A stretch of DNA of 64,000 nucleotides. Origin: Prorocentrum cordatum. Taxonomy: Eukaryota. Made by a program: the position numbers and the translations under genes. Of the stretch, positions 1-11,900 are shown one piece after another (within the stretch, counting starts at the first letter, position 1; each line of letters begins with the position of its first letter). The stretch is taken from NCBI GenBank assembly GCA_963575745.1, contig CAUYUJ010000325.1, forward strand, positions 124,001-188,000. The letters run 5' to 3'. A model generated the notes under the pieces. It ran no database searches. It was not told the DNA's origin and saw only the letters and a program-made list of their open reading frames with translations.

Positions 1-2149
1 GATCACATCGGCGTCGCAATCCAGTCGCTCCTGCCAGATCACCGCCACCCCGCGCTGACATGTCTGCATGGGGCGGCGGTGATCTGGCAGGAGCGACTGG
101 AGCGAGGGCGACGATGCCGACATGATGCCGTCGGGGCGGGGGGCGCGCTCCAACGGCGGTCGTTGCGCCCGCGCGCGTAAGACGACCGAGGAGTGCCTCT
201 CTGCGGCCGAGGCGCCCCAGACGGACGAGCGACGGGCTGCAGGCGCGCAGAGTCGCATCGCGAGCTTTGATCGGCCGCCGTCGGTGCACAACGTGCCAAG
301 CTCGCGCAGACCGCGCGCGAGCTGTGCTCGCGCATTGCATGCGTCAGCTGCGCGCGCGTGGCGCGCGTGGTCACTGCACCCCAGCAGGGCGACAGCGTCG
401 AGGAGGTGGAGGCAGGCAGGGCGGCCAAGGATCAGCGCCAGAACGGTGCGGACAGCTACTAGCAGCTCTACAACATACCGTCCATATACCTTCATACATG
501 CGATCCAATTGCGGGCATGATCGCGGTTGTTTGTATGCGCTTATCAACGAAATGGCCGGTCGCCGCCGCTATCTTTGATCGCAGATGTGATCGGCCAGGC
601 CGTTGATAGTTGCGATCGCAGGACCCCCAAGTCGATCGACGGCGCTGCGCTTGTGCCTGAGCGCTGGGCGCCTGGGCAGCCGCTCCATATCCGCCAGTGC
701 ATCGGCCCGCCCGAGGAGCAGGACGTCGGCGAGTGGCCCCCAACGCGCGGCGGCGAGCCCGCTCCGCCCCCGCCGGGGTGGAACTGGGCCGCCACTGCGA
801 GCGGCAACAGCGGGGCCTACATGAACGCGTCCTTCCGCGTGATGTTTCGCAAAGACGTCGGGAGCAATGAAATCGGGGGAAGAGTGGGGTCGGCGAGCAT
901 AACTCACCGTGTGAAAATAAGATCGGGCGAGCGGCGGGGTCGGCGAGCATCGCCCGCAGTGCGAAAAGGGGGTTGGGGAGATTTTGATGGCTAATGGGGT
1001 GGTTCTGCGCGTGGCGCACAGGGAAAGACCGGCGGCGGCGAGCGGGTCGCTGCCGAGAAGCTCATCGAGCGGCTCGGGCGCCTGGAGACCACGCTGGCGA
1101 CGGGCGAGCTGCAGGAGCTCGCCGAAGTCGCTCGTTCGTCGTATCGCGTCGTGTCCCGCGAGCATTGCTCGCGCCCGCCGTGCGGTTCGATGACGGTCGC
1201 GCTGGGCATAGCTCGCTGCGGCCGCCATCGATCCAATGCACCCAGGAGACGAGCGGGCCCGCGGCGCCGAGAGCGCCGCCGAGGGCGCCGCCGAAGGCGC
1301 GGCCGTCGACGCGCGAGCCGTCGCCGCGGCGCTCGCCGCCGAGGGCGCCGCCGCGGCGCGTGGCGCCGACGCCGAAGGGCCCGCCGCGGGCGGCCCCGCC
1401 GCCGCGGGCGCCATCGCCGCGGCGCGCGCCCAGGACCCCGCGGCGCCGCCGCGGCCGCAGCCCACCGCCGCGCGGCAGCGGCAGCGGGCATGGCCCGCCG
1501 CAGCGCAGCGCCCGCCCCCGCGCGGCAGCGCGTTCCGCGCGCTGGCGCCGGGCCTCAGCTACGCCCAGCGGCTGGGCCTGCACGGCTGAGCGGCGGCTGG
1601 CGGCGGCGGAGGGCCGCGCGGCGGGCGGCGGCGGCGACCGCCATCCCTCCTCCACGACGCCGGCGGCGGCGACGATGGTGGCGACCACGATGGCAGCGAC
1701 GACGATGACGATACTGAAGCGACAACGTCGACGACGGCATCGCATACGTCGACGCCGGTATGACGACGGCGACGACGACGACGGCGACGACGATGACAAC
1801 GTTGACGACGATGACACCGATGACGACGATGACGCCACCACGCACCGCCGAAGACGACGATGCAGACCGACGGCGGCACCTCATTTTCACACTTGCTGCA
1901 CCGTTCTCTCATCACCAATCGGTGCGTGCATGCCCATGCGTAACACGCCGCCCAACGCGATGCGCCACACACAAAGGGGGCCGAAGCCGATGTTTTCATT
2001 AGTTGTGTGAGCTGTTGCTTCCATGTGGCAGATTTTTGCTGGCGCATTGCATGGTTGATGGGCGCGCGCGGCCATTGCACGGCCAAGCTACAAATTGCTC
2101 CAGTGCGACCCTACCTAGAAGTTGGCGCCCCTAGGAAAGCAGCATCAGT

Positions 2150-2490
2150 TGCCATGCTATGCTATGCTATGGTATGCCAGGATATACTGCGCTATGTTAT
2201 ACTATGCTATGCTATGCTGCGCTGCGCTATGCTGTGATATGCGATGCTTTGCTATGCGAAGCTACGTTATGTCATGCTGCCCTGTGCGAAGCTAGGCTAT
2301 GCTATGCTATGATATGCTATGCTAAGCTGCGTTATGCTATGATAGGCTATGCTATGATATGCTATGCTGCGCGATGCTATGCTATGCTATGCTATGATTG
2401 GCTATGTTATGCTATGCTATGTTAACGCAGCGCTGCAATATGCTAAGCTAAGCTCAGCTAACCCTCTAGGCAGAGCCTAGGTAGGGAATT
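2150..2490 (+). repeat. (GCTAT)n array ending in a conserved hairpin terminus, copy 1
   Basis: Pentamer array followed by ACCCTCTAGGCAGAGCCTAGGTAGGGAA. Confidence 0.8.
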
Positions 2491-2800
2491 ACACCCATGC
2501 TAATTACTCGAACAAACAACTAAACTGGCAACGCGGTTGGCACACACGAGCGCCACAAAATGCACCCACAGATCCGGGGCAGGAGGACCAGGAGGTAGAT
2601 GACGGTGAGGATGATGAGGAGGAGCAGGCGGCAAAGGCGGCAGTGGCGGCAGCGGCGGCGCCGCCCACAGATCCGTTTTTTTGTTTGCTCTAGGCGGGGG
2701 GGGCGACGACGACGACGACGACGACGACGACCGACGACGACGACCGACGACGACGACGACGACGACGCGGCGTGGGCGGCTGTGTGGCAGGGCCACAGGA

Positions 2801-2822
2801 CTTGAGCCGAAATTGTTACGGA
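2801..2822 (-). other. Orphan spliced-leader relic
   Basis: TCCGTAACAATTTCGGCTCAAG (19/22). Confidence 0.75.
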
Positions 2823-2879
2823 AGGCGCTGCTTGCGGGGGCTCCGGTCCGGCCGTCGAGGCTAGCTCGGCATCTGTCGC

Positions 2880-3430
2880 ACATTGCTTTTGCTTTGTCTT
2901 TCCTTTGCTTTGCTTTTGCTGTTGCTTTGCTTTGTTTTGCGTTGATTGTGCTTTGCTTTGCTGTCGCTGCTGTTGATGTGCCTTTGCTTTGCTGCTATGC
3001 TATGCTCTGCTCTGCTACGCTCTGCTATGCTATGCTGCGCTGTGCTATGCTGTGCTGTGCTGCGCTGTGCTGCGCTATGCTATGCTATGCTATGCTATGC
3101 TATGCTGCGCTATGCTATGCTAGGCTGGTCTCTGCTATGATATTCTGTGCTGCGCTATGCTATACTACGCTATGCTATGCTGTGCTCTGCTATGCTGAAG
3201 CTCAGCGAAGCTAAGATGAAGGTAAACGTTAAACTGAGCTAAGATGAAGCTGAGCTAAGCTAAGATGAAATAAGCTAAGCCAAGATGAGATAAGCAACGC
3301 TAGGCTTATGGGACGTAGCTGGGGGATCCGCAGGGCGGATACTGGGGGAACCGCCCAGGCCGGTTCCAACTGCCCGGCACTTTAAGCCAAGAGAGGAAGA
3401 ACCCTTCTAGGCAGAGCCCAGGTAGGGAAA
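2880..3430 (+). repeat. (GCTTT)n/(GCTAT)n/(GCTAA)n array ending in the same hairpin terminus, copy 2
   Basis: Pentamer arrays followed by ACCCTTCTAGGCAGAGCCCAGGTAGGGAA. Confidence 0.8.
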
Positions 3431-5010
3431 TCTAGCAAGCTATAGTTTGCAAGTGTGCAAACTATAGCTTGCTCAAGTACATCTGTCACAACAAGCTAGA
3501 GTTTTGTCGAATTTGTTGCAGGCAGCCCCGAGCTCACCCCTGACACACACAGAATAATCGCCTACATGTGTAGCGTATCGTCGTTGCGTTACCATGCGCG
3601 CGGTAACGGCGCGGTCGCGCGCGCGTGCGCATATGGGCTGGTACACACGAGCGCGACACCGCCACCGCACGCATGAATGCCTCGAGCAGCTCGCCCCGCC
3701 TTGCTCGCCTTCCACGCTTGCAGCGGCGCCACTTGGCGCGCGTGCCCCGCGGATGGGAGCAAGTTTTCTCGCTGCGGTGCGCTCGACATGGCGCTTCCTG
3801 TCCATCGCACTCTCTCTGGCCACCGCCGATCATTATTCAAGCACCCATCATGACCATCACAATTATCATAATGCGCGTTACGCGCGACTGCGAGCAGTGC
3901 TCGCAGTCGCGACATTGCGAGTCGCATCGCGTGTGTCTACGAGCGGTGCTCGCGATGCCAACCATCTCCAGTAACATCGCAAACGCACGTGGTTGCGAGC
4001 TTCGCGCGTGCTAGCATTTCGTAGCCGTTTGGCGTGGCCCGATGGGCGCGGCCGCCATCCCCGCGCGGTCGCTGGCACCCACCACGCACCTCACTGCGTC
4101 GGCTGTGATTCACGATGCCCGCGGCCAACAAGATGGTGCTGGATGATCTGGCACGCGAGCTCAATGATGCGACTGCTCTTGTGGCAACGCTCGGCGGCGA
4201 CCGTACTTCAACGACCGAGAAGCTGCGCGTTGCATCCAACGCCCGCATCTCCAAAATCGACATTGTGGGACCGCGGTCGTGGCTGCTTTCAGCGGCGCCG
4301 TCACCGACGGTCCGTGGAGCGAGCGAGCGGTCCGTCTACGTGAGACGGTCAGCGCCGCCACCTCGAAAGCCGATGCGAAGCCGAACCAGCGCTGGTTTGC
4401 GGTGCAATGTACGTATGCTATACACCCATATGCCATGCGCGCCCGCAAGCTGCGCTCGCGATGATATCACACCATGCGCGAGCTCTGTGCTCGCGATGTT
4501 CGCACGCTCTCAGGTTCGAGAACTTCAGCACACAGGAAGAGCGGGCTAAACTCCGCACGAAGCCCATCGTCCATGCTACCCGTTGCATGCGAGACTTGTT
4601 GCCGCATGTACCGCCTACCCCCGACCATCATTCATGACGTCGTTGCATGCTGTACACGCTGCGAGCTGTGCTCGCAATGTCGCCCGCTCCAAGCCAGCGC
4701 GGTTCTCCCATGGTGGCGGGGACGCGCGTTCTTGCCCATCGAGCGTGGCTGATCGGGCTGCACAAGCCGTGCGAGAACACGGTATTTCGCATAATCGCGG
4801 TGATGTCGCACAGCTTCAACGTGGAGTTCCGCCGCGATGAGGCATTGCATCGAAAGCCGGCGCTACGGCCGAATATCAACGAATGCGGCAAACATCGCCC
4901 TCGTGACGCCGCGATGCCGCGCATCGTCCATTACAGCTGCGTCGAACAACTGGGCGATCTCAGCCGTGACTTCGCGCGCGGTGGGTCGTCGCCTCAGCCG
5001 GTGGATATAT

Positions 5011-5055
<45 letters not shown>

Positions 5056-5438
5056 CATATGGCGCTGCCGCGACGCACGTCGCGCGTGAGATCTGCCGGG
5101 GCATGGGGGTGGGGCTTGTGGCACTGTCTATTGCTGAAGCGCCGCTCGCCTGCGCATGTGGCGCTCGCTCTAAAGATGCGTGCGAGCGTCGCTCGGACGC
5201 GCGCGCTGCCGCGTTGCATTCCTTGGCCGGCTCGTGCCAGGGGCTGCGCGGACCCCCGAGTTGGACGCGACATTGCCTTCCAGCTGCCGAGCTGATAAAA
5301 AGAAGCGGGGGCGCGACCGCGTCCCCAAGCAGCGTCGCCGAGCGATCTGGGATCATATCGCCAACGAGGAAGGTCGCGCTTCTCGCGCCTCCAAGCTGCC
5401 GAGGAAGGAGAAGGGCGAGGGCGACGACGACAAGAAAA

Positions 5439-6100
5439 ATGGAGAATAGTGACGCGAAGCAGGAGCGGGCCTCGCCCGCTGCCGTCGAGCGGGCCTCGCC
5501 CGCCGCCCAGAGGGCCTTTTCCGCTGCCGTTCTCATCAACAGCTTCGGCACCCTGAGCAAGGCTGGCGTCGGCCCCCGCGCTGTCCCTGGCGCGCGGAAG
5601 GAAGAGGCGGACGGGGCCGCCGTAGCGCCTGCAGGCCCAGCAGCCCCCGCCATGGACATGGAGGCGCGGTTCAAGGAGGCGCACGACAAGCACCACAAAG
5701 GCGCGGCAGTCAAGCGCAGCCCCGCAGCCGCCGCCGCCGCCGCGGGGGGGGGGGGCGGCGCATATGAAGAGCCCGTCCGCCGCCCCCCCGGCGAGCGCGG
5801 TGCGCTCGCCCTGCGCGCGGCGGCGGCTGCGGGGCATGCGGGCCCACCCTGGCGCGGGGGCGGGGGCGCTAGACTCCGCCCTGGTCAGGGAGAAGCTCGA
5901 GTCTTCGAGCTCCATGGCCGCCCCCCCGAGCTGCGCGTGCCGCAGGGTTCGCAGGGGGGTGGTGCGGGGTGGCTGCAGCGACCGCAACGCCAAGGCCATG
6001 GCGGTCGACTGACACCGCAAGTTCAAGGCGATGTGGCTCGAGCGCTGCCCCGCGCAGTCGGGCGCGGCTGCGCGGCGGTGCCCCGGCGGGCAGCGCGCGC
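5439..6100 (+). pseudogene. Degraded Ala/Lys-rich accessory ORF upstream of the CMC-like transposase
   Basis: Protein-like stretch MENSDAKQERASP...MEARFKEAHDKHHKGAAVKRSPAAA, broken at a G run. No family recognised. Confidence 0.3.
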
Positions 6101-6499
6101 GTTGCATGCCGCGCGCCGAGAGCATTTGTCAGCTCACATACCTCACACTCAATTCATTGCGCGCCCATCGTCACCAATGCCGTCACCTCCCCGCCCCATG
6201 CCATGCGCCCCGTTAGGGCTCAGCGAGCATGGCTTGTCTGGTGAGCGCGCGATACATGCCGAACGGCTGGCCCAAGGTGGACGCGCCGCGCGCGCCGCGC
6301 GGGCGCGCCCTCGACCGCCGCGCGCCGAGCGCACGACGAAACGCAAGGCCGCGGTTAACCACGATGAGACGCAGATGCGGAAGGTTCTGCGGCTGGGAAA
6401 GGAGAGTTGGACCAGCCAACGCGCTGTCGCAAATCTAGCAGACACCCTTGCGGCGCCCTCTCTTCAATTGCACGCGTGAGCTCGGATCGCACGGTATAT

Positions 6500-8900
6500 A
6501 GGTTCGTAAAGATATCACTATACTAACCGCATGGTCGCCTGGTGGCTGCCGAGCTCTGGACCAGCGGATTTGATCTTGCTGACAACGGCAATGCGCCTGA
6601 CATGTGGAGCACGGGCGCCCAATATCGGGCTCGCAAAGAACAGTGCAACACCCGCCACAACTACGGCAAGCTCGTCGAGTCCGTGCACCTGCATATGTCT
6701 TCAGGGGGCGACGCGCACATCGCGGTCCATAACCCGCTGGAGATGCTGCGCACAAGCGCTTCACACTCCACGTATTTCGCTGACTTACTGGCGACGGCCT
6801 TCGACGCGACCCCGCGCACTCGCGATGATCCGCGGTGCATTATCAGCCTGGTTCGACCGCCCGCCGCCGCGACAATGACGCGAGCTCTGGTCGCAACAGG
6901 ATGCGAGCGCAGCTCGCGTCGCGCGCCTCCCGCGCCACCCTGCCTCCACGCTGAGGCCCGTGGCCCAAAACGGCGCGAAACGCAGCGCGGCCATCGCGAA
7001 GAGCCACTCTCGTAAGTCGGGCCTCTTCAATTTAACGCACGGATTTGCCCCCATCCGCCGAGGTCAGTGTTGATGTTGGTCGATCAGCGAGCCATGCTCG
7101 CACGGCCGATGCCCCGCGACCAGGTTGCGCGTCATCCATGTGACTGTCGGCGGATTCGGTCCGATGGCACTGGGGCGCGAGCATAACTGGTTGACAGTAT
7201 GTAGTGTTCGGCAACATCTCTGGGCGAAAGCTGATGGTCAGCGAACGCAAGGCACCCATACATGCATGCAATGGCTTTCGCGCGCATTGGAACCGACGCG
7301 CGCGATGTCGGCATAGACCTGGGGCCCAGGGGGGGGCGCCGCATCTGCATCTCCATGGAGCTTGCCACCTTTGCTGGCGACGCACCTGGCATCACAGAGG
7401 CATTGGCGTCAAAGGGGCACGCTGGCGTCAAACCTTGCGCTGCGTGCCAGAACTGCGCGCTGCGCGCGCGCCCTCGGGCTGAGAAGGGCGACGGTCTCCA
7501 CCAGCGCGACGATAGGATCTGCAGCATTGCGGAGACCGACATCTCGAAGTTCGCGCCTGCCACTCATGCTGCGTTGGTGCGATTGGGGGGTTTACCCCGT
7601 GGCGCGAGCGTCGCTCGCGCCACGCTGCGGCCGGATCGCGATCGGACTGGCGAGCGATGCTCGGGCGGTCGACGCTGTCGCGATCGACGTCCGCTCGCCC
7701 AATTACGCCACGCACCGACGAGTCCATCGCGGCCGCAGCGAGGCGAGCCGAGGATAACCCGACTAGCGAGCGCATCTCCATGCACAGTGGTTCCTCGGCG
7801 ACCCAGTCCCAGCTGATCGGAGACATGCCTGCGCGGCCGTCGAAAGTAGCAATGCATGACTGGTCGCGCCGTTACTTGCAAGGCGGCATCGGGGACGCCG
7901 AGTTCGGAGCAGTCACGGCGACCTGCAAAGACATTGCGCCTCGCAGCGAACTCGCCGCGTTCACGGCCTTGATCGCGCCGCCGCGCGTGCATTCACGCCT
8001 TAACATGCTCTTCGAGCCGAACAAGATCCGCAACGCACTGAAGAACGAGAAGATCCAATGCAACTGCGGCGAGTTCTGTGCACTCGCGCCAATCGCATCG
8101 CGATATCTGCGCGAGGTGGCGCGCATGCGCGCCGCATGGGAGGGGGGGGATATGCGGGTGGGGGAGGGGTGGTTGCTGTGATGGGGGGATGAGAGATCAC
8201 TCGTGGGTTTCACGCGCGTTAGGCAGGTGGTGCTCACGCGCCCTGACAATCCGAAAGTGCGAAGCATGCAGGCGTGTTTCGACGTGCTTGAGTTGCCGAG
8301 CGCCGCGCGCAATGCGGGCACGGCGCGGCCGTCCGAGCTAGCGGCTGCGATCAAGCGGCATTTGGACGCACGCTTTCTGCGCGAACTTCCAACGCCCCAA
8401 CCGTTCAAACGGACTCAGCGAGCATTGCTAGCCGCAAGTTCAACTATCATGCCCGCGATGCGCTCGGCGACCGCTGCCGCGGCCTGCCGCCACCAACGCG
8501 CGCGAGCTTCTCGGCGAACATTACTCGCTACATCGGATGCGCTGGCAGCCATGCCCACTGACGCGCTGATTGTTCAAGGATGCACACGGCGCTGCTGCGC
8601 TTCGACCAAATCATCGTTGCGCCCGCCACCTCCCGATCCAACTGCGCCACCGCGGCTTCTTCGTCGCCGCCACGGCGATGGAGCGCAAGACCCGCGTGGT
8701 TCAGCGGTGCGTGCGGCCACGCCGCGCGCTCGCCTCGTTCAAGCTCGGCGCCGTCGATGAGGCGACGTGCTTTGAGATGCGGCAGCTCTGCGACGCGGAG
8801 GCGGCGCAGCGAGCAGCGCTCGCAGATGAAATCGGGGGCTGGGTGGGGACGGGGGCCAATGGTCAACGGGAATAATTATGGAACGGTGGGCTGGCGCTTG
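6500..8900 (+). pseudogene. Degenerate CACTA/Mirage/Chapaev (CMC)-like transposase
   Basis: Fragments across frames: FAGDAPGITEALASKGHAGVKPCAACQN (GDxPA..KGHxG..PC..C), MHDWSRRYLQGG, and AMERKTRVVQR (E motif). Multiple frameshifts. Confidence 0.65.
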
Positions 8901-11900
8901 CGCGAATCTCGGTAAGTACACAGGTGACCGCACGCGGCCTGGCCAAGCCCAGTCAGCCGCGGGGCATGCGCCAGAAAGTCTTTCGTGAAATTCGCAATGC
9001 GTCGCAGTGCCCGCTGCGCGCATCATCTTACGCATGATGCGTTTTCGGCATGGCGAGCGACGCTCGCGATCTGTCCCACGCATCAGTGCGACTGGTTGTC
9101 CTGCCGTGCATTGGGCGAACGGGCATTTGGAGACGCCGCTGCGCGCGCGAGCTCGATCGCGGCTGCCACTCGCGGCACGGCGCGCATCGGCGACACGGCA
9201 TTCGGTCAAGGCTCGGGAAGAGGGGGGGGGTTGGGCGGACGGCGGCAATTCGCGTCCACTTTGGTGCGTCCATCTCCTCCCCCCCATCCTTATTTCTTTT
9301 GATGAAGCTCCCCAAAACCCCCGCCTAGCCAGTCGATGGTAATATCCCCGTCCTAACTATAATAAAACAACGAACTCAACTTTTGCCTCGCCCACTTGTC
9401 GTCGAATTGCGAAAAGTGTGGCAGGAAAAACGGAAGGAACATCGGTAGGGTAACCCCAAGCGGGCGGTCCTATCGATAAACAAAAACCCTACAAAGTCAA
9501 CGATTTTCACGACAGCACGGACTGTCTTGTCGTCGACGCCGCGAAAAGCGCAGCAGGAATGGGGCGCGGCGCACGTCGCGCGAGGGCGCCTGGCCAACCC
9601 CACGCGGAACCCTCCGTCCTACCTGCCAATACAAAAACGCCGCAACGTCGGCGTTTTGCTTGCCAACATGCACGTTCTCTTCGTCGGCGCCGCGCATCGC
9701 GCGGCGGGAATGGGGCGCCCCGCGAATTCCCCAGAAGCATTCTCCTCTTCCCCCTCAGTTCCCCCCCCCTTCCCCCCCCTCCTCCGCGCGCGGCAGGGGC
9801 GAAGCGATTGGCGGCGCAGCGCGCGCGGCTGGAATCAAGCGCGGCGCACATCGCGCGCCAGGCGCGTTGCCGCCGACGATGCAACGTGAGAAAGCCGGAG
9901 CGGGGCGCGGCGCACATCGCGCGCTGTTTTGTTTCTCGTCGACATTGCTCAATACGCGGCAGGCGTAGGATGCAGCTCACGTCGCGCGCTGAACGCCTGG
10001 CCGCCCGCGATCTAAGATGAGCGACGGGCGTCGGGCGCGACGCACTTGCTTCCTATGTTGTGGGGGGGGGGCGGGTTGGAGTGGACGGAGCCCTCTGGCT
10101 CGCTCGAGCTGGCTAACTTGGCGCGCGCGCGCCCCCCGCCACCCGGCCAACTCCGCTCTTCGATTGACAAACCCCGCCCATTCTACGCTTCCCTACTCTC
10201 CACGCACCCCGCCGACGCAGCTCCACTCCACACTCATCACTCCACGCCCCCCTACTCTTCAACACTCATGTCACTCCACACGCTCGCTTCTCCCCATCAC
10301 AACCCACCCCGCTCCACTCTACATCGCTCCGCTGCCGTTCGGTCGGAGGGCGGGGGGCGAGCCCCGCGCGCGACTGCGGCGCGCTTTTCGCGCGCCCCGC
10401 CCCCCCGCCCCCCCGCCCCGCCGCTGCGCCGCGGCGACGCAGGCGCCCGCGGGAGCGGCGGCGCCCCTGGTGGCGCCGATGGTGATGGCGGCTGCGCGCG
10501 ATGCGCCGCAGCTGCAGCACATCGCTGCCCTGCGGCACACGCGCGCCAGCGCCGACAAGTCGGACGACGCGCGGGCCGAGGCGCTCGCCCAGGGGAGCCG
10601 CGCCGAAGAGTTGGCGGCGGCGGCGCTGCGCCAGCGCGAATTCCCGCCGCCGCCGCCTCGCGATTCGCAGGACACGGGGTTTGGCCTTTTCCTGCGCGAG
10701 CTTTGCCGGCGGGGCATTGCCCGTCGCATCGAAGAGGGTCGACTTCAGGAGGGTGACCCGCGCGCTGCCGCGCGCCCGCGACGGAGAACTTGGCGTCGAT
10801 GAGCTGCAGCATCAGCTCGCGGAGGCGCGCTGCGCGCACGCGCGCAGTTGCGCGGGGGCTTGGGGCGATGTGATTGCGAGCTTCGCTCGCTGAATGTTCA
10901 GGCTGAGCTCTGCTCGCCGCGATCAGCCCGATGAATGCGTTTTCTGCCTCCCCATCGCAACCCCCCCCCCCCCCCCTCATCCACTCAGGCGCGGCAGGAG
11001 GCGCGCGTCGCGCCGCGGGGCGGCCGCGCTCGAGGAGCGCGTGCAGACGCTCGCCTTCGACGAGGCCCACGCGCGCGAGGAGATGGAGCACCGCTGGGTC
11101 ACGCTGCTTCGCGGGGTCGCAGCGACCTGCGCGCGGACGCGGCGCCCCTGTCGGCCATGAGCGAGGTCGTCGCTCGCATCAGCACGCAGGCCGACCTCGC
11201 CGCGGCGGACGCGGCGCTCGCCCAGGAGCGCGCGGCGGCGCTGGGCAGGGTCCACGGCCTGCAGCCGCCCTGGGAGGCACCTTATCTGTCCTTCCCTGCG
11301 CGAGCATCGCTCTCCCCCCCCCCTCCTTAATTATCCTCATTCCTCCTCCTCCCCCTTCTCACTCTCGCCTCGGACGCAGCGGCCGATGGGGGCAGCGGCG
11401 CCCGATGGGGGGGGGGGCCTGGGGGGCAGCGGCGGAGCCGCTCGGAGGCGGCGGCGGCGGCGGCGCCCGCGAGGAGGCGATCGCGGCGCGCCTCCTCGCC
11501 CAGGTGCCGCGGCAGCAGGGGCGCCCCCAGAACGCGGAGGCCGCGGCGGCGCAGGCGGCGGCGCGCCAGATGGCGGCGCAGCATCCCGCCGAGAGCCGCG
11601 AACTCCAGGCGGCTGCGCAATTCGCCCTCCGCGCGCCGCCGCCGAAGGCGCCGCCTGGCGAAGCGGCGGCTGGCGCAGCGCCGCCGCCGAAGGCGGCGCC
11701 CGCGTGCCTGCCGCGGGCGGAGGCGCGCGCCGCGGCGGCGGCGGCGGGCCCGCGCGCGGGCCCGCGCGCCCCGAGCTTAGGCTCGGGCTGAGCTGGGCCC
11801 GGCGACTCGGCGCGACGACGACGACGACGACGTCGAGCGACCGCGACGTCATGCGACGACGAACGTCGGGCGGCAACGGCGACGTCATACGACGGCGACC

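Noticed and set aside
1..1000. Possible pogo/DDE_1 transposase relic
   Set aside because: Too degraded, with no clear catalytic motifs.
10300..11800. Coiled-coil-like gene fragments on +
   Set aside because: Low-complexity, frameshifted, and no consistent exon chain.
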